64,000 bases of DNA, taken from NCBI RefSeq assembly GCF_009914755.1, contig NC_060937.1. One strand, written 5' to 3'. Below the pieces are notes generated by a model. That model was not told where the DNA came from and did not search any database. It was given only the letters and a program-made list of their open reading frames with translations. The DNA comes from the human T2T-CHM13v2.0 reference genome, Homo sapiens. Both the position numbers and the translations under genes were made by a program. Below, one piece after another: positions 40,585 to 55,029 of this stretch. Numbering within the stretch: the stretch's first letter is position 1; the number at the start of each line of letters is the position of its first letter.

Positions 40585-40980
40585 AGAAAATGTTTAATCT
40601 GAAGATGATGACATGTCATTTTCAACAATTTGTGGGGCTGTCACAAAAACAGGGAATGGAATGATTTAGTTTTGCCTCAGAAGACAGAATTAGGACAAAT
40701 AAGTAGAGTGACACCAAGATGGAACATAAATAAGGGCAGTGGTTGCTGTCCCTTTGGTCACTGCTAGATTCCAGGTGCCTAGAACAGAGCCTGTCATATA
40801 GTAGGTGCTCAATAAATACATCATTAATATATGAATAAATACATCCAAAAGGACAATGAAATGTCCAATACTCCTAGCTATCCTGTGTAAGAATCAACTC
40901 TCCCACAAAGTAATGCATTCCCTGTCGCTGAAAGTGTTCAAGCAGTTGGATGGTCATTTGCTACAGGAACTGGGAAGGGA
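40585..40980 (+). mobile_element. CR1/L3 3' fragment with a nested L2 3' end (~40735-40840)
   Basis: L3-like ccctgtcgctgaaagtgttcaagcagttggatggtcatttg; L2 end gtgcctagaacagagcctgtcatatagtaggtgctcaataaat. Confidence 0.7.
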
Positions 40981-41100
40981 ATTGCTGCTTTGAAAAAAAT
41001 CTTGAGAAAAAAAGCATACCTTATTTAAACAGTGGAAATGTATTATCATTTAAAAAGCACTAGTTTAGGATCCCTGTCTCCCTGCCTAATCTTGACCAAA

Positions 41101-41140
41101 CACACACACAGACACATACACACACACACACACACACACA
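41101..41140. repeat. Interrupted (CA)n microsatellite
   Basis: Direct reading. Confidence 0.9.
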
Positions 41141-42496
41141 GAGTAAAGTATGGCAAACGCTGCCCCTTTCTTCTTAGGGGCTTGACTATGAATAATTAGT
41201 AAGTGAGGAAGGGTGGACATGAGTGAAGGAATGGAGAGGAGAAAAGGAAACAGTTTCTTATAAAATTGTTAAAAGAAAACAGACAGACCTTGCTTATTAG
41301 AGCAAAAGTTTAAAAACATGGAAACCTATTGCAGTCAAAAGTTTGAGAATGTTTTGATACTTCATAAAGCAAACTGTGAGATGTGGAGTTGCACGCAGTC
41401 CAGGGCTATTTTAGAGGTAGTTTGAGCTGGAAGAACATTTGCACTAGAGCATGGATTCAACTTTCTTTTCATATTTTTTGCATTTCAGTTGTTTTCTTTC
41501 AATTTTAATTTGACTCTATTTCACAAATATAGTTACATAGTCATAGTGTCCTAATTTAACAAGCAATCCCACTGTGTGGACATGTTTTCAGGGTGGAGGG
41601 TGGGAGGGAGGAAGAGAAAGAGGCGAGGTGATTCAGAAACAGATCCTCTTTCCACTTTCCCCCGACTCTCCCAAATGTACATTTAAGTCCTTCACTTTAA
41701 TTGGATTTATGGTTTGTAGCTTTGGCATCAGAGCCATACTTTTAATTTCTAAAAAAAGAAAATGCTGGGAAAGGCACTACTCAGCGCACATTTTGGCACA
41801 CTCCTTTCGAATGGCATAGGTAGCCACTGAATTCCTTATCCCTAGGGGTTCTATATTTTTACATTCATGCTTCTTGCTCAGTACATGAAGTTTCCCTTTA
41901 CCCAAAAGCCTTTTCTTGTGTGTGTAACTGATGTGGCACAGGCCTCTGAAAAAAAAAAAAAAAACTGCAGGGTCCTGGAGAACCATAGGCCAGAGAAACC
42001 TGGAGCTGCAAAGAAGGACAAGATCTGGAAGGTTTGCAGCTAGCCCTCAATGAACCAGGTTTCAAGTGAATGCCATGAGGAAACTGAAAGTCAAAACTTT
42101 AAAATACCACACTCAGGAACACCACCTAACTATCATATTCCCATGCCTGTTTTTGGTTTCCTTTAATTTTATAGTACAGCTTTGCAGGGGATAGAAAACC
42201 TAATATTTCAAACCAGTTTTAAAATTTCAGGTTAATGCTTCAGGACATGTTTGTGAAAACCAAACAAAAACTCCTCCTTTAATTTCAGCTCTATGAAAAG
42301 ACAGTGTTAAGATCCAAATCTACTAGGAAGTTTAAGGTATTTTCTTCCTTAAAACATTTACAGCTTTATGTGGCCATCAGGTTGGATTATATGGAAAACA
42401 GCTCAGCATCAAAAAACACTTTATAGTAATTTATATGATGTCACTGGCCAAGGAAGATGATCATCCTTTAGAAGTAACTATAAAAATGCTTGCTAT

Positions 42497-43575
42497 GAAG
42501 AACAAGCTAGAGGCATCACACTGCCTGACTTCAAAATATACTACAAAGCCATAGTAACTAACACTGCATGATACTGGCATAAAAACAGACACATAGACCA
42601 ATGGAACAGAATAGAGAGCCCAGAAATGAATCCACACATTTTTGTTCACAAACTCATTTTTGACAAAGGCACCAAGAAAACACTTGGGGAAAAGGACACT
42701 TTCTTTAATAAGCAGTGCTAGGAAGACTGGATATCCATATGCAAAACCATAGATCCCCATCTCTCACTATATTAAAAAATCAACTGAAAATGTATTAAAG
42801 ATTTAAATGTAATACGTAAGACCTGAAACTTTAAAACTACCAGAAGAAATCATTAAAGAATTTCTCAGGACATTGGTCTGAGCAAGAATTTTGGGGTTAA
42901 GACCTCAAAAGTGTAAGCAAGAAAAGCAAATATAGATAAATGGGATTATATCAAGCTGACAAACTTTTGCACAGCAGAGGAAGCCACCAACAGAATGGAG
43001 ACACAACCTACAGAATGAGAAAATATTTGCCAACTATCTATCTAACAAGGGATTAATAACCAGAATATATAAGAAACTTGAACAATTCAACAACAACAAA
43101 ATAACAAACCCCATTTAAAAATGGACAAAGATCTGAATAGACATTCTTGAAAGAAGACATACAAATAGCCAACAGTTATATTTTTAAAATGTTCAGCATC
43201 ACTAATCACCAGAAAAATGCAAATCAAAGCCACAATGAGATACTATCTCACCCCAGTTGACATGGCTATAATCAAAATGAGGAAAATAACATATGCCGGG
43301 GAGGATGCAGAGAAAGGGGAACCCTCATATGCTTTTTGGTGGGAAAGTAAATTAGTACAGCCACTATGGAAAACAGTATGGAGGTTTCTCAAAAAATAAA
43401 AAAGGGAACTATCATATGATCCAGCAATCCCACTGCTGGGTATATGAAAAAAAAGTCTGTGCTCTCATGTTTGTTGTATCACTCTTCACAATTGCCAGAA
43501 TATGGGGGTCAATGTCCATCAATGGATGAATGGACAAAGAAAATGTGATGTAAATATATTTCATATATATGTGTG

Positions 43576-43607
<32 letters not shown>

Positions 43608-44131
43608 TACACACATGCACATATATAATGGAATTTATATAATATACAATGAAATATTATTCAGCCATACAAATGAGTGAAATCCCTTCATTTGCAGCAA
43701 CATGGATGGAACTGGAGGACCTTATGTTAAGTGAAATAAGGCACAGAAAGACAGATATCTCATATTCTTGTGGGAGCTAAAATAGTTGATCTCACGGAGA
43801 TAGCAGAATGGTGGTTTGCAGGGGCTGGGAAGGAGTAGGGGTAAATAATGAAGAAAGGTTGTTTAATGGGCACAAAAATACAGTTAAATAGAAGGAATAA
43901 GGTCCAGTATTTGATAGCACATTAGGGTGACTATAGTTAGCAATAATTTATTGTACATTTCAAAATAGTAGGAAGAAAGATTTGGAATGTTCCCCACACA
44001 AAGAAATGATAAATGTTTGAGGCAATGGATATCCTAGTTACCCTGATTTGATCATTACACATTGTAGTTATGTATCTAAATATCACATGCCCCAGAAATA
44101 TGCACAATCTTTATGTATCAAAAAATTAACA
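42497..44131 (+). mobile_element. 5'-truncated L1MA (ORF2 3' part plus 3'UTR) with perfect 17-bp TSD
   Basis: Degenerate ORF2 (MQIKATMRYYLTPVDMAIIK..., LVQPLWKTVWRFLKK) and L1MA-type 3'UTR. ATAAAAATGCTTGCTAT at 42480-42496 and 44132-44148. Internal (TA)n(CA)n near 43563-43625. Confidence 0.95.
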
Positions 44132-45094
44132 ATAAAAATGCTTGCTATAGATACAAATTGTTAACATCTGGTCATTTTAATCCAGGTGGTTAGTGGAAAG
44201 CTTTGGAGAGAAAGTGAGATGAAATTGAGTCAGAGATGGCCAAGATGTGGATGATGGAATGAAGTACCTTTTTCAGGTAAGGAGATGTCCTCCTGGGAGG
44301 AAGTCCAAAGTATTTTTTGAAGACAGATGGGTTTGGAGGCTTTGGGGATAACAGTAGGTGAGGCTGATGGCAGTCTGCAGGCAGCTCTGGGCACGCATGA
44401 AACTCAAGCTAAAAGTCTGCACACTGAACATCAGAGAAATAGTAAACATATTTTCTCAGCTTTTTCTCAAGAAGTGACCCATCGGAGTCACATTTTAGAG
44501 AACACTGGGAACTGCTGGTAGCGGTAACCTATTCTTCACTCAATAGATGATTGGTAAAATAAATGTTAAAATTTTAACCTGAAAAAGTACTGGACTGTAT
44601 TTCTAAATTTCTAATTCTGAAATGTTAAGCTTTTCTGTGGAGAATGGTAGCATTTTCTGTGTGCATATACATACACATAAATATATACATGAATGTGTGT
44701 GTGTGTGTAAAATTTAAAGCTTGTGCTCAAGAATTGGGAGGCTTTTTAAAAAATTATGTGACTTTAGGTAATTCAATATGATTCCTACTGACATTTCCAC
44801 AGGGGGTTAATTTAAATAATTTTTAATCAAGCTTACTCTGTTGCCTTATGATGGAGGATATATAACAAGATCATTAGTAGACAATAGCAAAGCTTTAAAT
44901 CCCTGTCAACATTTTTCTGAAATGTGTTCATGCAGTTAAATAAATGAGCATCTCCCTGATCAACTCAAAGGCAGACAACTGTAAAGGACCACATGTCTTC
45001 AAGATTACCTTCTGATATAGAGCACAACAAAACACTTCTTCAAAGATATAGTTCTTCTTACTTGTGTCTAATGGTGTGAAAGCATCAAAGGGAG

Positions 45095-45470
45095 TATTAT
45101 TAAATGAATTGTGTCCCCCTAAAACTCATATGTTGAAGTCTTAACCAGAATGAACTACATTTGCAGACAGAGCCCTTAAAGACATAATTAAGTTAAAATG
45201 AGGTCATTAGGTTGGGCCTTAGTCCAATAGGTCTGGTATCCTTATGGAAGAGGAGATTAGGACCTCAGACAACTACAGGTAAAAGACCACAGGTAGACCC
45301 AGGGCGAAGACAGCATCTACAAGCCAAGGAGAGAGGCCTCAGGAGAAATCAAGCATGCCAGTGCCTTGATCTTGACCTTGCAGCTTTCAGAACTGTGAGA
45401 AACACATTTCTGTTATTGAAGCCACCAAGTCTATGATACTTTGTTAAGGTAGCCCCAGCAGACTAATAGA
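45095..45470 (+). mobile_element. MLT1A-like MaLR solo LTR
   Basis: tgaattgtgtcccc...ctcatatgttgaagtc...caagccaaggagagaggcctcaggagaaa...gactaataga. Confidence 0.9.
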
Positions 45471-47749
45471 GGAATTGCCATTTAAAAAAAATAAAGTTCA
45501 ACTGCCACGTTCACCGATTTAGAGACAAAACCGCCTTCACTTCAGAGGACTATGTAGCTAACTATGAGAAAAATCTGAGTTGTAGCACCCGGCTCCCAGG
45601 ATAGTTTTTGCCTTTTCTCATTCACTAAAGTATTTGAAGAAAGGAATTTGATATTCACTTTCTGTCTCAACATTTAAGTACTATGATATGTTTTCTAGAT
45701 TTTTAAGTTTAATGGAATTGTAGAGCTATTTTATGGCCCTGATTTTACTCATGTGAAATATAAATAAATGAAAAAAAATAACCAGACATATTTATAAACC
45801 CACGTCTGAAGAAATCCATCCATCTCCACATTGGGAAATAGACTGCAAACCACTCATCAAGCAAAACGTCAAGCTGATGTTTTGTCAGATAAAAGAAAGA
45901 GCAAGGGAACTTCACGATGTACTTTTTAACCCAGAAACTTCTAACATACATTATTTCCATCTGAAACCTACCCCATGCAATACATGAAGAAAATCTGCAT
46001 CTGAGAACGTGCATCATCTGCTTAGTATTGTCTGGTTAATGAGAGAGAGTTGATTCCAACCTCTACATGTTTCAGGCTCTGAGAGTGCTTTGCAGTGCTA
46101 CTTAGCCTATGCTCATGCATTTTTATCATATTCATCTTTATTCAAATGATTTCCTATGACTCTACACCTGTCAAAACACTGCCCTATATCAAGGCTTAGC
46201 TTAAATATCCCCATTTATGAAATAGTTTCTAATCTCTCCTGTCAAGAACCAGTCTTTGTGTTCCCTAATTATGATATTGTACCAAACCATCTTTGCTGAG
46301 TTCTAAAATTCAGTTCCTTTAAACAATACAAAAGCAAAAACAAAACAAAACAAAACAAAAGACATAGCTCCTTTAGACTAAAAAGTGTAATAGTTCAGTT
46401 CTGATATAATTTTTAACTTATGCGAGGGCTTCAGTACTAGATAGGAACAACTGCTTTTCTGCATATTTCAGAGCCTTGCTGAGGAGGTTTGGGTGCTTTT
46501 GTCTCATGACTTTCTTTCTTTCTTAAGCAGTCCACACCTGTAGCACACCTCTAAGTTTAATAAGTGAAAAGCATTTCCTGTCTTACCTGAAAAAAAAAAC
46601 ACATTGTTCTTGGAAAACGGACTAACGCTGACTGCCCAGGACTTGTAAAAACCTTTCTGTCTGCTTTGCTCTGCAGTGTGCCAGGGAGAACCATTTGGGG
46701 ACCTCTGTTCCTCTAAGTCCCTCCAGGAAAATGAAATCTATAGCTCCTAAGGTCATCCCAGAAAGGCAGAACTTTAAATAAAAATCCTCAGATCTCGGCA
46801 AGAACAGCAGAAAATAGGTTACAACAATATGGGGTGTATCCACAATGCTCTACTCTCACACAACCTCCATGTGGGAACAAAATGTTTCCCAGTCAAGGAA
46901 CAGAATTTACGCTTCTGTACGTTCATGGAAGCAGACAGGTCAAGGGGTCCTGTAGCTGCGCATTACCTTGGTGATGCCACACACAGCAAGATGTCCAGGC
47001 CCAGAGCCACGTGTACTTCTGCCTGCCTTGCTCAGACATCTGCAGCACTGACTCCGGATAAGACGGGATTGGGGGTGGAGGAGGAAAGAACTTGAAGTAG
47101 GGGCAAAGGTGGAGCCAGTTACCCTCTCACCAGCTCCCTGAGTTGGATAAGGTGCCTTACCTTTCAAGAGCCTTTTTTTTTTCTTATTGATAAGAAGACA
47201 AGGGGAATAATGTCTACCCCATCAAGGTAGGATCACCAAGATCCAGTGGATGGTGGTTTCAGAACTGTTATCTGGCCCTTAGTACAGGCTAAGCCGAGGT
47301 TAAAACTTTTTCTTCTTTTGCTATTTATTTTCACTGTACCTTTTACAGGAAATTAAGTTTGAATTCATAATTCACATCTTTTGTGAAACTGGCAACCATA
47401 ATACAGAGAGGTGAGTATTTTGTGTGAGGAGACCCACTACCCTTTGCTTTGTACCTCTTCTTCTATAATAGCCCCTGTAGTCTAGTTACCTTGCTCCAAA
47501 TGCCTGGGCCCTCACATCACATTGGCCTTCCCTGTCTCCAGTTGTGAGGAATATAACCCAATTCCAGATGTGCCCTCTGGAGATGGGCCCTTTGCTCTCA
47601 GCGTTCAGATAGTGCCATCCCAGAATACTTTATAGCCACCACCTTGCAAAAAGCAACCTAATGCCTAGTAGTAATACAAGAATGCATCCTTCTCTTTCTG
47701 GTCCTCATAGTCTGCTCTGTATCTTCCCATATGCAGTCACCATGCTGGT

Positions 47750-48090
47750 TGTAATAACAACAGTAATAAGAATGACAGCCATCATTTAGCCATTATTCAC
47801 TGTGTCAAACACACTACTAAGAATTTTATAAACATTAATTGACATCATCCTTTGAAAACCATGCAAATCTATTATTAATGCACTAATTTTATTTATGTAA
47901 ATACACAAATCTATATATGTATTTCTATATATATACATACATACATATACAAATATACATATGTATACACACACATATATAAATATACATATAAAATTAG
48001 AAACTTAACCCAATCAGAAATTTAACAATGTTCACACAGTTAGAAAGTTGTAAATCTAGGTTTTTGATCCAAGCTGCTGAATGTAGTAGT
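47750..48090 (-). mobile_element. MIR with internal TA/CA low-complexity expansion
   Basis: MIR-like flanks around an atatacat-rich tract at ~47905-47995. Confidence 0.6.
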
Positions 48091-48944
48091 AAATAATCAC
48101 ACAGTTTTAATTTATTCCACCAATCACAGAGAGAACTTCTGATACATGCTTCAGATGGAGAATATCAGAAATAGAGAAAGAAGTTGAGAGGTGAGAGCTC
48201 TATAAATAAATACAGAGAATGAGAGTGTGCATGTTAGAGGTACGAAGATGTGACATAGCAAAAAACAAGAAAAGCTATCCAATTACTTGGCAGACTTACA
48301 GGAGAACTGATAAGATTACCAATAGCTAATTTTCAAGATGTCTAGAGTTTGCATAGCAAGGAAAATAAAATAATAGGGAATTGAACACAACACAATCCAA
48401 AGATGCAAAAGAAGCATCTTTTCAATTTTTTTTGATTATTTAAAAATGTGTCCCTTATCTAAACTCTTAATTTTCCCCTAAGGAAAAGTGCCTTATATTA
48501 CCTAAAAAATTTTTGTTATGAAGATTTCCATGTAGGTTCCCACTGTACATTCTTTGAAAAGTGTTTTAGAAACAAACAAAAAAATAGGCCTCATCCTTAT
48601 TGTTTACCATTTAGCCACATATATTATTTGGGCATCAGAAAGGCCTAGTAAAAGCTAATTAAGATCAAAACATTCTTAACTTGATAATTCTTTTAACAGC
48701 AGAGAGGAAATCCCTGGGCCTTGTAATTACATGGGCCATTGAACATGTGAAGTAAAAGGAATTAAGCTTGTTATGACTCACTACCACGTCCCCAAAATAC
48801 CCCAAACCCAGTGTTATATGGCTAAAGGGAAAATGAATTTGCAGAGAACAAGGAGGTAGTTTGTCCCATATTCATCCTAAAATCTCCAGGAACAAAATCT
48901 AACATTTGACAGTAGGCTGGTCTCCCCATAGTGTGCTGGGAAAA

Positions 48945-49095
48945 CAGTGGGGTTCAGTTGCCAATTAGCTATGTGGTTTAATGTAAGTCATAGCCTCTTG
49001 AATTTCTCTGAAAGGTGGACATAACCATATCTGGCCAAATAACAGCACAGGATGCTGTATGAATCTCAAATGTTATTTTAGATAAGAAAGTAGCA
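48945..49095 (+). mobile_element. MIR fragment
   Basis: ttgccaattagctatgtgg...aagtcatagcctct...cacaggatgctgtatgaatctcaaatg. Confidence 0.55.
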
Positions 49096-49648
49096 TCACC
49101 ACGGAATGAGGATGGAAAAGATGGCCAAGTGTTCAAATCTTGGGAGGTCTGTTAATTATACAAAAAATGAATTGCATCCTAAGAATATTTGAGGTCAGTA
49201 GATTAAAGCAGGCAGTGGCAAGATCATACGTAGACAGGTGAACTATCACTCTGGTCACTGGATGTTGGGTATGATGCATGCAGTTAAGATGCCATACCCA
49301 TGACCCTGCAGTAGATGCCAGATCCTTTCTCAGAGGCTGGACAGTGACAAGGACTTAATTGTGAGAGTAATGTGGGAGGCAGGATGGTAGGATTTTAATA
49401 GAGGCTTGTTCTCTGCGTGGGCTGCCTGCTATTGAAAGCCAGTCTCTGCATCTTTTCAAATGGCTAGTTCCTATTCACCCTGTCATCACCTCTCTGTCCA
49501 TGATTGCCTCTGGCAGGTTTTTCCTGCTCCTGCACCTTGAGCTGCATGAAGTCAGCCTGGGTTGTACCATCACAATATTCTGCAGCCAAGTGCTGCTATG
49601 GCATTAACCATGATGTATTGTGATTATGTGTCCATGTGATTGCTTTGC

Positions 49649-50136
49649 TGTGGTGGAGAGAACAATGGCTCCCTGAAAGCACCTACATTCTTATACCTGA
49701 AGTGTGTGACTGTGTTACATGACATGGCAAAAGGGCCTTTGCATACAAGATTAAGTTAGGGACTGTGGCATGGTGAGATTATCCTGGATTATTTGGGTGT
49801 GTCCAGTGTAATAACAGGGTCCTTAAAAGGAGAGTGGAAGGCAGAGGTGACTATTAAGTAATTATCAGAAAAATGCAACATTGTTGACCTTGAAGTTCAA
49901 GGAAAGTGCCACGTGATAAGGAATGTAGATGGCCTCTAGAAATGGAAGAAGGCAAAGAAATGGATTCTTTTCTACAGCTTCCAAAAAGGATCAGAGCCCT
50001 ACTGACAAGTCAATTTTAGCCTGGCGAGATCCACGTCAGAATTTTAGCCCACAGAACTATAAGATAATCAGTTTATGTTCTTTCAAGCCATTAAGTTTGT
50101 AATGACTTATTGTTACAGCAGTGAGAAACCAATACA
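49649..50136 (+). mobile_element. MLT1D-like MaLR solo LTR nested in L2
   Basis: tgtggtggagagaacaatggctccc...gagattatcctggattatttgggtg...ttgttacagcagtgagaaaccaataca, with L2-like flanks. Confidence 0.9.
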
Positions 50137-53100
50137 CCTGACAAGATTCTTAGCATCTCATGGGGAGGGTCTGTGTTTTCTTTGACTCCCAGAGGCATCA
50201 TAAGGCAGGTCCTCTGTGTTAGTGAAAGTGCTTTCACTAAACACAACAGCTCAACCCAACCTTTCCTGGCTTTTTTTTTTTTCACACTTTTTATCTTGCA
50301 GAGATATGGAAAGATATTTAAGAAAGAGTGACAATAATATCAGGCTTCTTTTGCATTTGGAATAGCCCTTTAGAGTTTTAAAGGTGATTTCATATACCTT
50401 AACTCATTTGAGATTTAACAACTCCTGCTAAGATTGGATTGTATCTACATTATGATTAAAATAACTTACAAATATACAAATATGGAAGAGAAGATAGAAA
50501 AATGAAAATGGTTAGGTGAGAGAAAAGGTAAAGCTTTAAATTCACCTTTGTGTGATTATTGTCATGATACTTTATTTAGCTTGCTGGTGCTTCTAATTGA
50601 AGAAACACCACCTGTATAGGCCATAGACATAAAATATTAGCAGTAGATAGCATCTCAGGAATTATCTATTAGTCCAATGAACTCCCCCAGTCAGGGCAAC
50701 TGACTGAGACTTATCCTTGTCCTAAGTACAAAGAAGCAGTCTCAGAAACACAAAGTCCTGCCCCACACCCAGCGCTACAGCTGCGAAGTTGACAAAGAAA
50801 TTTCCGCTCCCATTTTAACCTACTATTTCTGCCAAGAGGCTCTTTATAGCATGTTATATTGCTTAACATATACCCACTGACAGATTTCATTGGTAACTAA
50901 TGTAGAGTGAGCATTAGATGTGAAACTGAGCTTCTCTAGCTTCCTATCATGGTTTGGGACATATAATAAGATTTTCCTTTACTGTAAGATTAAAGAAAAA
51001 AAGGAGGGAAGGTGAGGAGAAATCTACTTAGTAGCAATGGTGTCAGTAATTGAAACTGACAAAGATATTGTTGCTCTTTATTAGTCACCTTCAACTTTGC
51101 CTTTCCAGCACAATTTGCATTTGCATCGAGAAGCATAGCATGGAAAAAGAAAAAAAATATTAATTCTACTGTAACCTTAGACAACAAAATAAAATAGATG
51201 AAAACATTTTTTGCCCTCATTTAAGAATCACATAAAGAATATTAGTTCATCCAATATGGAGACATGTTTCAAATCATTAAATCTGGAACTCTTAAATTAT
51301 TTGCTGAATATATCCTCAGTAATTCAACTTTTGAAATTCTGTTAATATTAATATCCATCTCTGGACTTCCTTAAATAAAGGTTTAAGTGTACATCCTTTT
51401 CTTGTCATGTTAATGTGGGTATATGCTTCAGAGATCTTACCTAAGTCATTAAATTCCTAATGACTGTTTGGGAAAGATCATTTTACAAGGTATATTAAGT
51501 AACATTTTTAAAGAAATCATTGGATTTTCAACAGTTTCTGAAGTTTGATAATGTAATTTTCTTACAAATGCCTTTAGTCCTTTATAAGTATAAAGTAAGG
51601 ATGTCAATTTCAGTATATAAATCCAGGCAAAGCATAAAGAAATACTTTATGTATTTCATCTCCATTCCTCCAGTTACTTCCTACTTCTGTTCATTCATTC
51701 AAAGTTAATTTTGCACAATAAAAATACTTGTTCTTATTCTAGACATGAATGTAACATGTTGTCTCACACTAAGTAAAGAATCACTCAAAATCTTAAGACC
51801 TTTAAAAACCAAGTGAAAGATGATTACTCTCATCAGAAGGGTCACTGAAGTGCAAACATACCTGCCCGAGAGAAGTAACTTTAAAAAGGTAAAACGTAAG
51901 AAAAGAATGCATCAATTTGCAATGAATCAACTTTCTATACTTTGCATTAGGAAGTTAAAAAGGGAACATCTGTTGTTTGCTATTTAGAGACAAAAATGAA
52001 AGGAGAGATTTGTGAGAGTTATATGGAGTGCCTAGAAATATTCTATAACAAAAATGCTCCAGTGATTCTCACGTATTTTTTTTACGTAAGTACTTTCAAT
52101 GGTAGAGGAAAGTAAATGGTCACGTTTCCTGGTGAGCCTGAGGGATGGAGTCTCAAAGCATCTGGTAATCAGGAATTTCTTTGGAATCTTGTATTCTACT
52201 TGAATATCCTAACAATTATAATCTACTAAATACCTGTTTGGTTTGATATCAAGTATTTTAAATTACTTAACCATAATTAAAATTGATACTGCACAAAGAT
52301 ATACCTATGGGTTCTCATACCCATGTACTGCTTGGTTCTCCAAGGGTATTCATACCCATTTGCAAAGTTTGCTAGCTAGCAGAAACCTCCCTTCCCTTTC
52401 TTTTTACTATTAAGGTGGGGCAATAGCAGTGCCTGAATATTTTTCTCATTTTGTGTTCATATCATCAAGTCAGTATCAAATAAATATCTTGCCTTTTTCT
52501 TGCCCCAAATCAACGCTTCCCATACCACCAAGGACAGTTTCAGATGATGGCACTCACACTAAGGTGCTGTGGCTTTTGCATTGCGTTTGCCTGAACTCCA
52601 TAGCTCCCTCTTCTATGCCCCCCACTCTGTACATTTCACCTCTCACCTACCATCACTCCCTGGCTATTAGATCACTCCTCAGCAAGCCTATGGGTCATAT
52701 CCGCAGACTTTGTGTTCTAATATTCAGATTTTCTCATAGTGTGACTCCAACTCCGCAATGGAGAAAAACATAATGAGAGGCAGCAAAAGGCTCCAAAAAG
52801 AAAACATTAATGCTTTTAACAGCGGGGAATCTGAGTGGAAAGGAAATCCCTTCTTTCCTGTCACTTAGGGATGAAGGAAGAGTTGAAAAATATAATAGAT
52901 CCTTTCCTACAGCCTCAGATAAGCAATTTTTTGGAGGGCATATGTGTACCTACATGCACGCAGGCAGACATGTATATCTGTGTGTGTGCTTTATCTACAA
53001 TGATGCAATGCTGCATCAACAGTAATCAATAAAACCAATTAGGAGAGTTATTTCTCATCAGGCTCTGACAATGACTCACCATGAGACCATAATAGGGGAT

Positions 53101-54005
53101 TTCACAGTTTTGGGCCTTATCTATGTTTTGGGGTAACTTTATCTATAAAATAAGATGACTGAACTGATAATCATTGAAACTGCTTCTAGGCAAGACATAA
53201 GAAAATATACTAGAGACAAATAAGGATAAGAAAGATGGAAGTAAGTAACAAATAACTTCTATCTTTTTCTCCCAATTCACATTTCCAAACTGATTTATAT
53301 CATTATTCCTGGAAATGAAATTAGAAACATGGTATGCTAGGATATATATTATTATGTGTACAGGAGAAGAAAAGGGTTCTGATCCATAGACATGTGGAAA
53401 GATTTACCTAGGTCCTGGGTTTGCCCCGCTCACCATATGTGCCTAGAGTGTGACAACTCACAAATGCTCTCACATGCATTATCTCATTCAAGTTTTACTT
53501 GTGAGTTAAGCAGAATAGATAGAATTATAAACTTAGTTGAGAAATAAGGATATTAAGATTAGAGCAGCCGAGTCACTTATTCAAAAGCACACAGGTCTAA
53601 TGTGGAAGAGCTCTGCAAATAGAGGTCTATTTGGGGTGTGGCCAAAGCTGGCAGCAGCATCACAATGAACCACAGGCTTCAGAGAAGAATACTCAGATTT
53701 CTTGTCAGGGCTACTCCAGTCTTTGCAGGGTGCTTATGAGTAAGAATACACCTGTTGCCCAGAGTTATAGCAGCCTGGAGTAAGAGATATGCTGTTTCCA
53801 ACCTCTCTTGTGAACTTTAAGAGCTAAGTCATAATTAGATCCCACACAAATCTTTATTAGAGACTTTTTCAGGTAAGCTCATAGGTTTTTAACATTCTGG
53901 AAGGTGGTTTGATAATCTACAACTTTGTTGCTGCCAGGAAATAAACTTGGAAAGTGAAAGAATAACCCAATTTTTACAACAAAAATACTAGTAGTATTAG
54001 TAGCA

Positions 54006-54577
<572 letters not shown>

Positions 54578-54587
54578 TGAAACATAC

Positions 54588-54588
<1 letters not shown>

Positions 54589-54622
<34 letters not shown>
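54589..54622. repeat. (AC)n microsatellite
   Basis: Direct reading. Confidence 0.95.
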
Positions 54623-54626
<4 letters not shown>

Positions 54627-55029
54627 CCCCAGAAATGAGTATTGACAGAAATACCCATCTCCGTCACAGATTTTATTAAAACTTAGAGTGGAATATGGAT
54701 TTACTCAGTGGGTAATGTTCTGAAAGATCAAATCAAATAAAAAGCTAGTCAATATTTTTCTTCCAAAAAATTCAAAGAATTTACATACAAATTTGGTGCT
54801 GAAGACTTGGTCATGAGCTTTATATAAGAAAAACATCCTCTCTATTTTTGTCAAGATATTTGATAGTCTTTCTATATTTAAGAAGTAGGGACCCAAAATG
54901 GAAATAATATTTCCTAATAGCCAGTTTCTCTAAGAATTATGACTTAAAATTTTCACTTCTAGTTATAACCAACTATCAAGCATAAGACCAACACTCCTAC
55001 CATATGTGAAAGCTAGATATTTTTAAAAA

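Noticed and set aside
41902-41965. Strong poly-T acceptor with a 44-nt pseudoexon on the minus strand
   Set aside because: The donor TGG|gtaaag is weak, and poly(T)-AG pseudo-acceptors are common in long introns.
47155-47210. Strong donor AAG|gtaagg with a 22-nt putative exon on the minus strand
   Set aside because: The acceptor is an unfavourable AAG and the body is mostly an A-run; no other support.
44268-53880. TTTCAG|GTAAG motifs near 44275 and 53870
   Set aside because: They are on the plus strand, antisense to FGF14. They also show that such motifs arise by chance.
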